Positions 25,581-33,657 of a DNA stretch of 34,137 bases are shown one piece after another (the stretch's first letter is position 1; every line of letters starts with the position of its first letter). The stretch is from a virus (Duplodnaviria > Caudoviricetes). Location of the stretch: positions 1 through 34,137 of IMG/VR virus record IMGVR_UViG_3300043579_000150; one strand, 5' to 3'. A program made the translations under genes and the position numbers. Below the pieces are notes generated by a model, which was not told the DNA's origin, ran no database searches, and saw nothing but the letters and a program-made list of their open reading frames with translations.

Positions 25581-25991
25581 TTACCTCGTTCCTGAACCCG
25601 CGACCCGAAGGAAATAACGCTCATCACATTCTAGGAGAAGTTTTTGAGCGAGATAGTTATCCCATTCTGGTACATTTGGAACGTATGCACAATATGTTTG
25701 ATAAGTTTCATGGCAACATATGTTCATTGTCACTGATCTTGTAAAAAGATGGTAAACGCGGCCAGACACATTTCCTTTCACAGGAATCCAGCCATCCATG
25801 AGAAAACATCTATATTGTTCAAGAGTTAGATGGGAGAGAAACAACGCCTTTGATTTTTTCTGCGCAGCAAATTGCTTACGCTTTCTTCTTATATTAACAA
25901 TAGTGTAACAAAAAGCAACCAGTAATGCTGCTGTCCCAATAATAACAGAAGCACAGCCTATTGCAAATATAATAAGCTGATGTAGTTTCAT
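25581..25991 (-). CDS. Hypothetical protein with N-terminal TM helix
   Basis: TM helix followed by VKGNVSGRVY...DNYLAQKLLLECDERYFL. Confidence 0.65.
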   Translation of the reverse strand: MKLHQLIIFAIGCASVIIGTAALLVAFCYTIVNIRRKRKQFAAQKKSKALFLSHLTLEQYRCFLMDGWIPVKGNVSGRVYHLFTRSVTMNICCHETYQTYCAYVPNVPEWDNYLAQKLLLECDERYFLRVAGSGTR

Positions 25992-26003
25992 TTTCGCTAA
26001 TTG

Positions 26004-26040
26004 AAAAACTCCCCCCGACCTTTTGGAGTCGGAAGGAGTC
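26004..26040 (-). terminator. Intrinsic terminator after the DUF932 gene
   Basis: ACTCC..CCGAC / GTCGG..GGAGT hairpin followed by a T run on the minus strand. Confidence 0.65.
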
Positions 26041-26058
26041 TTTTCCTTTTCTGTTTCT

Positions 26059-27039
26059 TTAGTTGCTGCTACCCTTGCTCGCCATTTCCATTGCCAACCC
26101 CATAGCCTTCAGTTTCTTCGTCCTGTTTGGACCATACCAGTTGCTATTGAGGCGGGTTTCCGATGTGCGGCCTAAAACGTGATCCAGGGCAAAAGTCACG
26201 GCATTGAAAGGCTGCCACCACGTTCCCTCACCAAGTTCCGCGCCGGGCTGATTGGTCAGAGCCAGCATGGCCGTCTCAGCTGCCCTAGAAACCGTCTTCT
26301 CGCTCTTTGTGCTTACCGGGAAGATGGCATCAAAGTAGAGCTTGATATCCTCTTCATCCGCGCGCTTAGAAGCAAGAAACTCGGCAACCTCCTTATACTC
26401 GTCCGCGCGCTTGGTGGCAAGACCCATGGCTTCCTGCGCGGCCTCAACATCAAAAGGCTTGGAGTGATTGAGGCGCACTTCATAATCGGCCTTTTCACGC
26501 AGGCCCATCATGATCGTGTTTTCGCAAACAACGCGAGTTGCGATTACACGAATGTCAACGCGCTTGCCATAGATGTGCGGATTGGAGAAAAGAAGAAACT
26601 TGCGGAAGGTATCTTTGCCTTTGAGGATAGAAAACTCACCTTCCATCCGCGCCAGCATCCAAATGTGGGAGCCGCCATTGAGAGCACCGGCCGTGTCCAT
26701 CTTGACTTTGTTTTCCTCAACAAAGTCATGAAAAAAGTCAGCGACCTGTTGATTCTGAACCGGGTTCCAATCCTTAGACGTTGTGCAGAATTCTTTCATG
26801 TCGGTCTTGCGGACCAATGACTGATCCATTGAACGATAGACCTTATCGCTGTTTGGATCGCCATAGAAAAGCGGCATCTTCTCGACTTCCCAATCCAGGT
26901 CCGCTGCGACCAACATTTCCTTGGCCGAAAGATCGTTTGAAACCTTGGTGCCAAGACCGTGCCAGGGTGTCTCTCCCGCATAAGCCATCGCTGCCTTACC
27001 GAGAATCATCTCCAGGTTGTGTGACATTTCCAACTCCAT
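26059..27039 (-). CDS. DUF932 family (TIGR03299 phage/plasmid-like) protein
   Basis: MAYAGETPWHGLG, LDWEVEK, PVQN, TAGALNGG, RVVCENT and GTWWQPFNAVT motifs. Confidence 0.9.
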   Translation of the reverse strand: MELEMSHNLEMILGKAAMAYAGETPWHGLGTKVSNDLSAKEMLVAADLDWEVEKMPLFYGDPNSDKVYRSMDQSLVRKTDMKEFCTTSKDWNPVQNQQVADFFHDFVEENKVKMDTAGALNGGSHIWMLARMEGEFSILKGKDTFRKFLLFSNPHIYGKRVDIRVIATRVVCENTIMMGLREKADYEVRLNHSKPFDVEAAQEAMGLATKRADEYKEVAEFLASKRADEEDIKLYFDAIFPVSTKSEKTVSRAAETAMLALTNQPGAELGEGTWWQPFNAVTFALDHVLGRTSETRLNSNWYGPNRTKKLKAMGLAMEMASKGSSN

Positions 27040-27069
27040 TGCTTGGGGAACGTCTCGTCTGATGTTTCA

Positions 27070-27121
27070 AACATAGCATTTCCCCAGACGGAAGTCAACC
27101 CAATCGTAAAAATTATTTTTA
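27070..27121 (-). promoter_or_regulatory. Early sigma70 promoter with AT-rich UP element
   Basis: TTGACT-N17-TATGTT (27098-27070) preceded by AAAAATAATTTTT. Confidence 0.75.
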
Positions 27122-27161
27122 GAAGCTGATCACGTTTATGTTACTTGTTCACGATTGTTTT

Positions 27162-27199
27162 TGTTCATGGTTTGTTCCCTCTTTGTTCTTGTTTTGTTC
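27162..27199. promoter_or_regulatory. Tandem alphaproteobacterial LexA-type boxes (GTTC-N7-GTTC x3)
   Basis: GTTC at 27163, 27174, 27185 and 27196, each preceded by TT; extra half-site at 27147. Confidence 0.6.
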
Positions 27200-27312
27200 T
27201 TTTCTCAGTTTGCGTTGGCGACGTTTCCATATCTCGTGTCTTTTGCGCATTCTATGAATAAGACCTTTACGTCCCATGAATTTCGGATGATAAAATGCTC
27301 GTGAATAGTAAC

Positions 27313-27555
27313 TCACTGTTTTTCTCTTTCCGAATATTTGGCGCTGAACATAAGTTTTGGATGACGTGCGAAAGGAGTTCTATAACATTCAAATACTTTC
27401 TCTGTGGAATTGTAATTACCATTAGAATGCATTGCAAAGCACTTATCGTATTGTTCTTGCACCCAGGCTCTTTCTGGACTTTTGGTGCCTACTGCAAGCA
27501 TTATAATAACAAAAACAGAAGCGAGGGACCAACAGAATATCATAATAGGATTCAT
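27313..27555 (-). CDS. Hypothetical protein with N-terminal signal or TM helix
   Basis: Hydrophobic N-terminus; TAATG coupling. Confidence 0.6.
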   Translation of the reverse strand: MNPIMIFCWSLASVFVIIMLAVGTKSPERAWVQEQYDKCFAMHSNGNYNSTEKVFECYRTPFARHPKLMFSAKYSEREKQ

Positions 27556-27737
27556 TATTCAACATATTCCTTTCCAATAAAGGGACCACCATAAATGCAT
27601 CGGCCCCAGAACTCTTTTGCGATTTTTTGATTGGCGGCATAAATCCAGCACTGGTGGCAAAGCTCACACTTGCCACGCTCTACTAGATAACCGTCAAGTT
27701 TTTTTCTTAGTTTAGGGTTTTCTTCCAACAATGTCAT
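27555..27737 (-). CDS. Small Cys-rich hypothetical protein
   Basis: CELCHQC...RCIYGGPF. Confidence 0.55.
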   Translation of the reverse strand: MTLLEENPKLRKKLDGYLVERGKCELCHQCWIYAANQKIAKEFWGRCIYGGPFIGKEYVE

Positions 27738-28038
27738 AAACAGCCTGCATATAATCTACTTTGGATGAATATTTTAGTTTGAATATACCACACTGAAATC
27801 CTTGTTTACTCCGATGTGATATAACTTGATTCATATGTTCTTCTGTTAGACAAGCAACAATGAAAAGAGTCGGGCTTACAGAAACATAGGCATGTGTGCT
27901 ATCATCGTTTTTTTCATATTTGTTATTTGCTCCACTCCAGACAGCAAATGGATAAGTTGTTTTGATACGATCTACTATCCAATCGTAGTCATCCTTATAG
28001 ACTATATCGCTTTCTGAGATTCCAGTTATTGCTACCAT
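27712..28038 (-). CDS. Hypothetical protein with shared C-terminal tag
   Basis: Ends KVDYMQAVYDIVGRKP. Confidence 0.65.
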   Translation of the reverse strand: MVAITGISESDIVYKDDYDWIVDRIKTTYPFAVWSGANNKYEKNDDSTHAYVSVSPTLFIVACLTEEHMNQVISHRSKQGFQCGIFKLKYSSKVDYMQAVYDIVGRKP

Positions 28039-28352
28039 GGACGCCTCCCGATGATATCATAGACAGCTTGCATACAGTCTACTTTCGGCTGGATACACTC
28101 AGGCCAACCTTTACCGCACCACATCCCATCTTTATAAGTGACATTCATAATAACTATGTTATAATCAGAATCGCGTCTTTTCTCATCCTTATAAAGCCAC
28201 ATGCGAATACTTTCTGTAACGTTTATTACACAGGCCGTATCATTTATGCTCAAGGAAGACGTGTTATACATTTTATCTAGCCATAATGGATAAGGATATT
28301 CTTTCTCCTTCTTCCTGAGTAGATCAACATTTTCTTTCAGTATCATAACCAT
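28032..28352 (-). CDS. Hypothetical protein with shared C-terminal tag (start MVMILKE)
   Basis: GAGGAG SD; ends KVDCMQAVYDIIGRRPW. Confidence 0.65.
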   Translation of the reverse strand: MVMILKENVDLLRKKEKEYPYPLWLDKMYNTSSLSINDTACVINVTESIRMWLYKDEKRRDSDYNIVIMNVTYKDGMWCGKGWPECIQPKVDCMQAVYDIIGRRPW

Positions 28353-28369
28353 CGTTTTTTCTCCTCTTT

Positions 28370-28642
28370 TCATATGTGCGTAAAGAGATAGACAGAGCCC
28401 AGCACTGTTCCTATAGTTCCAAGAGTTATCACTGTCCACCAGATCATCGGTGGCCTGACAAACTTATAGGTTGCTACTCCATTACAAACGCAAATGAAAA
28501 ACAACACCTCTAGTTGCGCTCGTTTCCAATATGAAAAATTCTTGTTGTAAAATGGTCCAAAAACATTCCAAAGAAAATTGCCAACGAAAAATCCTAAAAC
28601 AATCCCGATAGTAATTCCATAGATGAAAAGGAACGTGCTCAT
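28370..28642 (-). CDS. Three-TM membrane protein
   Basis: Three hydrophobic segments; ATGA overlap. Confidence 0.6.
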   Translation of the reverse strand: MSTFLFIYGITIGIVLGFFVGNFLWNVFGPFYNKNFSYWKRAQLEVLFFICVCNGVATYKFVRPPMIWWTVITLGTIGTVLGSVYLFTHI

Positions 28643-28857
28643 ACTTCGGCTCCTATTGGCTTGAATTCCTCTTTGACGAGTTTGTATTCCCCATCAATGC
28701 AGATTGCGACTTTTCTCAACATATTTTTCTCAACATAACAATGAGGATGATATATGACTGTTACGAAAGAGTTGATTGGCTCTACCAAACACCTCTTACC
28801 TGCTGTTGGAAAGAAGATCGGCCGCTTGCAATGATCGCAGCGCAGTACCCACTTCAT
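28639..28857 (-). CDS. Small Zn-finger-like protein
   Basis: CDHC...HPHC; GGGGAG SD. Confidence 0.6.
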   Translation of the reverse strand: MKWVLRCDHCKRPIFFPTAGKRCLVEPINSFVTVIYHPHCYVEKNMLRKVAICIDGEYKLVKEEFKPIGAEV

Positions 28858-28891
28858 AACTGTTCTCCCCGGTTTTATTGCCTAGAGTAAT

Positions 28892-28984
28892 GAGGCGGTG
28901 CCAACTCAAGTTTACCGCAATACAGGTGCGTGATTGAGGGTAACTGACGGCACCGCCCCACAGTCGGAAGCGTAGGGGACGACT
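28892..28984 (-). ncRNA. Candidate structured RNA element
   Basis: Minus-strand 11-bp stem GGGGCGGTGCC/GGCACCGCCTC enclosing CTCAA/TTGAG and CGCA/TGCG stems; upstream AGTCG/CGACT hairpin. Confidence 0.4.
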
Positions 28985-28993
28985 AGCGAAAAG

Positions 28994-29521
28994 TCAAGAC
29001 CTTTTCTTGTCTGGTTTGAATTTTATGTTGTGTTCTTTGACGAAGTTTTTATAGCGTCTATAAAGACCGTATTCTCGTCCATTTGCATCTATTTCCCAAG
29101 GTAGATCAAAGTAATGAACTTTCGTTTCATTTGTGAATTGTTTTTTCCACTTGGTAAGAGTCATATCTTTTCTGGTGAAAGTATTTCCTAGTTCGCCCTT
29201 GGTGTATTGTTTGCAATGAACTAGCTCATGTGCTAGAGCCATAAGTTGTTGGCGTTTTCCTGGATTAGTATTCAAAACAATCTGAAAAGTTTTTGGCCGA
29301 TAGGTAGGAATGTCATCATCTAGAACATAAATGAAACCATCAAGCTTTTGTTTACTTTCTATTGGTTTAGACTCAATCAAAAGTGTTGTCTTGTTATGTA
29401 TTCTTGTAGAGACTAGCATACTATACATAAACTTAGCAGCGAACTTCAATTCATCTCTACAAATCTTTGGGTTTTTATTCTTTGTATAGACCCGAATTTC
29501 TTGCGTGTTGTTATTGGCCAT
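28994..29521 (-). CDS. HExxH zinc metallopeptidase-like protein
   Basis: LAHELVHCKQY...YFDLPWEIDA. Confidence 0.8.
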   Translation of the reverse strand: MANNNTQEIRVYTKNKNPKICRDELKFAAKFMYSMLVSTRIHNKTTLLIESKPIESKQKLDGFIYVLDDDIPTYRPKTFQIVLNTNPGKRQQLMALAHELVHCKQYTKGELGNTFTRKDMTLTKWKKQFTNETKVHYFDLPWEIDANGREYGLYRRYKNFVKEHNIKFKPDKKRS

Positions 29522-30164
29522 CCTTGAATATCTTTGTGACTAGAGGAATAAATTCATCAATATCTTTCACAAAAACTTGGGGATGTTCATTACTAGCAAT
29601 CATAATAATAGCGATTTGTTTAGTAGGAACATAGATCAGACCAGCCATCAAAGCATATGCTGTGGCTTGAAGAAAGTAACCAAGAAGGTCTTTTTCTTCT
29701 TTGGGCTTTCTAGCTGTCTTGTAATCTACGATTGTTGGTTTATGATTCCAGGAGCAATAAAGATCGGCTCGGCCAGCTGTTTTATATTCATAGGAGTAAA
29801 GAGGAAATTCTAGGCCATGAACTTCGGTGACATTTTTATCTAGAACTTCTCGGACACGTAAAAAGTCCGATAGATTGACAGGCATAACTCCTTTGGCATA
29901 AGCAGGATCATTGAGAAGATACTTTTCAGCCAGACCATGAATAGCTGTTCCGCGTGCAAAAGCCTGAGTTGTAATCTGGTTAGCTTTCTGTTCTCCAACT
30001 CGTTTCTTCCATTTGGCAATCCATTCTTTTGGAAGAAGTTTCGTCTTACCTAAACGAGTTGTAACAGACTCTACAATTGTGCCATTAGGAAGGTTGTAGA
30101 ATCTCCCGCCTTTATCTTCAAAACTTGTTAGTTCTGTTCTGGGGAATAAGTTGTGCGTAAACAT
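29511..30164 (-). CDS. PD-(D/E)xK exonuclease (RecB/Cas4-like)
   Basis: SVTT, RGTAIH, AGRAD, IVDYKT and YFLQATAYA motifs; adjacent to phoH as in T4-like cyanophages. Confidence 0.88.
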   Translation of the reverse strand: MFTHNLFPRTELTSFEDKGGRFYNLPNGTIVESVTTRLGKTKLLPKEWIAKWKKRVGEQKANQITTQAFARGTAIHGLAEKYLLNDPAYAKGVMPVNLSDFLRVREVLDKNVTEVHGLEFPLYSYEYKTAGRADLYCSWNHKPTIVDYKTARKPKEEKDLLGYFLQATAYALMAGLIYVPTKQIAIIMIASNEHPQVFVKDIDEFIPLVTKIFKDGQ

Positions 30165-30859
30165 TTAATATCATCTTCATTTGATGCAATTATTAATTCT
30201 CTTACAAAGTCACTTCTAACGATATCTTGTATTCCAAACTCAATTGGCGCAAATGACTTCATTTTTCTAACAACACGAATAAGCTTCTGGACACCCGAAC
30301 GCTCTAGGTCCGATTGTCTGTAGTCGCCGGAAATTATGACACGACAGTTGCGGCCCATGCGAGTGAGAACACTGTAAATCTCGCCATAGGACATATTTTG
30401 AATCTCATCAAGGATAACGATAGAATCACGAATTGTCAATCCCCTAACAAAGGAGGTTGACATAAATTCTACAATGTTTTTGCTTTTCAGAACGTCATAA
30501 GCATCGCCGCGTTGAAACAAGTCTGTGCAGATGCTACGATATGGTAGTTCATACTCACGAATCTTATCCTTTACACTTCCTGGCAAGAACCCAATATCAC
30601 GACTTGGAACAGCACTTCTAACAATGATAACCTTGTTCTGAATACAAAGACCAGACATAACCTGATCTAAAGCGAGAAACAGGGAAACTAATGATTTCCC
30701 TGTCCCTGCAACTCCATGTAAAAATAAATGTTTGTTATTATAAAATGCGTCGTATGCTAATTCTTGGTTTTTAGTAAGTGGTTTTATAGTAATAAGTTTA
30801 AGTGAAGTATTAGGAGTAACCTTGTCTTTGAGTAATGCTCGTCTTTCTTTTTTAGTCAA
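30128..30859 (-). CDS. phoH: PhoH-like ATPase
   Basis: PLTKNQ, GVAGTGKS, RDIGFLPG, RGLT, DEIQN, LTRMG, GDYRQSDL and DIVRS motifs. Confidence 0.95.
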   Translation of the reverse strand: MTKKERRALLKDKVTPNTSLKLITIKPLTKNQELAYDAFYNNKHLFLHGVAGTGKSLVSLFLALDQVMSGLCIQNKVIIVRSAVPSRDIGFLPGSVKDKIREYELPYRSICTDLFQRGDAYDVLKSKNIVEFMSTSFVRGLTIRDSIVILDEIQNMSYGEIYSVLTRMGRNCRVIISGDYRQSDLERSGVQKLIRVVRKMKSFAPIEFGIQDIVRSDFVRELIIASNEDDIKCLRTTYSPEQN

Positions 30860-30887
30860 TTTTTTCTGCCTAATAGAAGTTACTCCT

Positions 30888-31121
30888 TTAGTATGTATTT
30901 ATGGTATTCCTTGGGTTACGCTTCTTGATTTCTTTCAGTTTGTCTCTGAAAGCGTCGTCTATTTTTGGCTTAGTTCCGACCATGGAAACAATCCGTGGCG
31001 CACCATATACCAACTGTTCCACATGCGGATTTGCGGCTAAAAACTCATCTCTGGCAGAAATGGACATAAAATCTGTCCATTCTTTACCAGTTTGATGATT
31101 TACGAAGAGGTAGGTTGGCAT
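30888..31121 (-). CDS. Conserved T4-like hypothetical protein (FmdB-like, Cys-free)
   Basis: MPTYLF...MSISARDEFLAANPH...FRDKLKEIKK; typically found upstream of phoH. Confidence 0.75.
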   Translation of the reverse strand: MPTYLFVNHQTGKEWTDFMSISARDEFLAANPHVEQLVYGAPRIVSMVGTKPKIDDAFRDKLKEIKKRNPRNTINTY

Positions 31122-31122
31122 G

Positions 31123-31518
31123 TTAGGTAAGCTTCAATGGAGGATTAGAAGTCGTGCCATCAGCTATTGTAACCGTTTTTGGACCTTCTTTTTCAATAAT
31201 GATTTCCTTTACCTTGCCAAGTTTCGCTTCTAGTTCATCAATGCGATCTTCAAGAATCTTGATATGATTGGCCTTGTTTCTTTCTTCAGGACAAGGACAT
31301 CCCCCAATTGAATCCTCCAGGGCCTTGACTTCTTTTAGAAGCTCTAGATACTCTTTTAGCTTGGTTATGTCCCAAGGCTGATATCCACCAGTTCCGCCGC
31401 TTCCAGGATAATGAGGTTGAGGCCAAATAATCGGATCAGGAAGATTTGGATGTGGTTTTGGCCACATTGGAGGATCATACCTCCAAGGCCAATCTCCAAC
31501 ATTGCAATACACACACAT
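31123..31518 (-). CDS. Hypothetical protein (start MCVYCNVGD)
   Basis: AAGGA SD; Pro-rich segment, CPC and a coiled coil. Confidence 0.6.
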   Translation of the reverse strand: MCVYCNVGDWPWRYDPPMWPKPHPNLPDPIIWPQPHYPGSGGTGGYQPWDITKLKEYLELLKEVKALEDSIGGCPCPEERNKANHIKILEDRIDELEAKLGKVKEIIIEKEGPKTVTIADGTTSNPPLKLT

Positions 31519-31519
31519 C

Positions 31520-31714
31520 TTAGTAATTTCCTTTATAGTAATCTTCTTTTTCTCGTTCGTCAATATCAGCGTTTTCTCTGTATTCCAGATTTTTCCTGCG
31601 ATTCATGTTTTTCATTTTTTGATACTTACGACGATTTTGAAATTTTCTTTTCTTGTTATAATATTCATCATAACCATATTCATCATAGCTATGACGGGTT
31701 CTGCTTTTAGACAA
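31520..31714 (-). CDS. Small charged hypothetical protein
   Basis: AGGAG SD; highly charged, 64 aa. Confidence 0.55.
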   Translation of the reverse strand: MSKSRTRHSYDEYGYDEYYNKKRKFQNRRKYQKMKNMNRRKNLEYRENADIDEREKEDYYKGNY

Positions 31715-32180
31715 AATAAAATTCTCCTACATTCTTTTTGGCAAATTCCTTATATGCAATATGTGCTTCATTCGGTGTTGTATAGCTTCCGAGATAGTGA
31801 GTTTTACCATTTACACTACAACGAGCACTATATGAGTTTCTATCTTTACATACTCCGCGAGGGAAATCACGTAGTTTCTGAGTTCTATTATATTTATTTT
31901 GAGTTTTTGTAGCTTCACGTAAGTTATTCCATCTATCATCATGTCGGACCCTATTTTTATGATCCATTTCTTCTTTCGGCCAATTACCAGACATATAAAA
32001 CTTTGCGACATGAGATGCAGGATAAATTTTTCCATCAAAGCAAATTTGCCGATATCCACGTTTACCTAAAGAACCAGCTATTGCTCCTTGTTTTGCTCTA
32101 CTTCCAATATTTTTCTTCCACCGAAATTCTCCAGTATCAGGATTGTAGTGGATTCTTTCTTTCAACTCTTCTAACGTCAT
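31707..32180 (-). CDS. Free-standing HNH endonuclease with AP2 domain (homing-type)
   Basis: YNPDTGEFRW, MDHKNRVRHDDRWNNLREAT...N and RGV...YLGSY..PNEAHIAY motifs. Confidence 0.9.
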   Translation of the reverse strand: MTLEELKERIHYNPDTGEFRWKKNIGSRAKQGAIAGSLGKRGYRQICFDGKIYPASHVAKFYMSGNWPKEEMDHKNRVRHDDRWNNLREATKTQNKYNRTQKLRDFPRGVCKDRNSYSARCSVNGKTHYLGSYTTPNEAHIAYKEFAKKNVGEFYFV

Positions 32181-32210
32181 TTTGTTTTGTTAGTCTTTTT
32201 CCTTTTCTGT

Positions 32211-32624
32211 TTATGTTGTTATCAGTCCAGGAAATGCTTCTTTTATTAGCTCTTCCGTGACTGTTTTATATGGTAGTTTCTTGTTTCTTATTTCTAGCAT
32301 CAGCAAGGCATCGGACGGCGATAGAGCCTCTAGAAAGAGCCTCCAGAGCTTGTCACGCTTGTCTTGTGTGAGGGTAGGGTGTCCACCTTCAACGAATAGA
32401 TAGAGTTCCCTGGCCTTGGCATAAAGAACGCTATCGCAATCTGTAAATTCATTGAACCGATAATTGACTTTCTCGGGTAGCAGGAATTTGATAGATGGGT
32501 CTAGAAAGTGTCGGAGAATTTCTAGGAACGGCTTGTTTGCTTGTGCTCTTAGAAATTCAATCTTCTCTTTTTTGGATGGTAGGTTATCAGTTTTCTGAAG
32601 TAATTCAGAGATACTTAGTTTCAT
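32211..32624 (-). CDS. Conserved T4-like hypothetical protein (DUF6433-like)
   Basis: KKEKIEFLR...FLLPE...LYLFVEGG...LEAL...DA.L...EAFP. Confidence 0.7.
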   Translation of the reverse strand: MKLSISELLQKTDNLPSKKEKIEFLRAQANKPFLEILRHFLDPSIKFLLPEKVNYRFNEFTDCDSVLYAKARELYLFVEGGHPTLTQDKRDKLWRLFLEALSPSDALLMLEIRNKKLPYKTVTEELIKEAFPGLITT

Positions 32625-32860
32625 TGATTATTTGCCCATACTTCAGCATCAATTTTCTGCTGATCTGTAAATTGAATTGTGTGTGCGGTAGATTTCAATG
32701 GTTTCTTTACTTGCTTCTTAAATTCAGCAGAACATTTAGAATAATTTTTTTGAAAGTCAGCTTGAACCTCATCAAAATAATAATCAGACCATGGTGATTC
32801 TGCTATCATCCAATAATACAAGTAACACGCCCATATATATTGTTTCTCAAGTTCAGTCAT
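32621..32860 (-). CDS. Stand-alone NAD-dependent ligase domain Ia-like protein
   Basis: YLYY...SPWSDYYFD resembles the LigA YxYH...SD/PDxxYD NMN pocket. Confidence 0.6.
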   Translation of the reverse strand: MTELEKQYIWACYLYYWMIAESPWSDYYFDEVQADFQKNYSKCSAEFKKQVKKPLKSTAHTIQFTDQQKIDAEVWANNQ

Positions 32861-33657
32861 TTGAATACTCTTAGGAGTAATGTGTTGGGACCAATGCGGC
32901 CAGTAAGGTGGCGCGGAGTGTAAGGGTGTTTCTTGACATACTCAACAACATAATTGAAGTTACCTGTCATCATGCACGGGATAAGCGCACTATCCAGAAT
33001 CTTTATTACTGACTTTCCTTCATCAAAATTTATAAGTGTCGTCCTATTGAATGACAAAGCTTCATTTGGTTTAGCCACGAACAAAGCTATCGTACTATAT
33101 TTAGAGTTCCAGCAAAGTAGCCCTTGGGCGCCAATGATTTCAGACGGATGAATAGATTGTATATGGAGCTTAGAATCAATGATTTGCCATTGAACCAATT
33201 TTGTCAACTCTGTGGCAGACTTTATTTTTTTCTTTTTCTTCTCAGGCTTTCCATCCATGTAAGTCTTGATTTGACCGCAAAAATCAAAGAGAAACTGGCT
33301 ATAGTTTTTTAGCTGTTTCTCCGTCATTTTTTCATAGCCTTCTCTCAGGTCTTGGTTCTTTTCAGGCTCATAGGTGACACCATAGACTTCCTGGAGAAGA
33401 GGCAGATAACGCCGTAGGATGACATGAGCTTGACGACGGCCAACATCAGCCTCCGCAAGTATGAGATTTAGTGGTTTGTCAAAATGCACGCGATTGATAT
33501 CATAGTCAGCATTATAGAAAACATCAATTCTGTTTTCGATTTCTTCAAATATTCTAGAAATCGCTTCCGGGGCGGCCGACATAGGGACTCTCCGTTCAAG
33601 CTTGCAACCATTTTTAGCATAGTTTTGTAGCGCTGTCAAGCTCTCATTTCCTATCAC
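32857..33657 (-). CDS. Conserved T4-like hypothetical protein
   Basis: DLREGY, SIHPSEIIGA...WNSKY and LTGRI..NTLLLRVF motifs. Confidence 0.75.
   Translation of the reverse strand: MIGNESLTALQNYAKNGCKLERRVPMSAAPEAISRIFEEIENRIDVFYNADYDINRVHFDKPLNLILAEADVGRRQAHVILRRYLPLLQEVYGVTYEPEKNQDLREGYEKMTEKQLKNYSQFLFDFCGQIKTYMDGKPEKKKKKIKSATELTKLVQWQIIDSKLHIQSIHPSEIIGAQGLLCWNSKYSTIALFVAKPNEALSFNRTTLINFDEGKSVIKILDSALIPCMMTGNFNYVVEYVKKHPYTPRHLTGRIGPNTLLLRVFK

Noticed and set aside
26179-26820. 213-aa plus-strand ORF
   Set aside because: Antisense shadow of the DUF932 gene; no recognisable motifs.
28892-28960. tmRNA-like acceptor (GGGGCGG...)
   Set aside because: No G3-U70 pair, T loop, CCA or tag reading frame.
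29511-30164. Cas4-like nuclease as a sign of CRISPR-Cas
   Set aside because: No repeat-spacer array or other cas genes seen; the phoH-linked exonuclease is a common T4-like gene.
31502-31912. Hydrophobic 136-aa plus-strand ORF
   Set aside because: Antisense to A-rich charged genes, which yields spurious Phe/Ile-rich frames.
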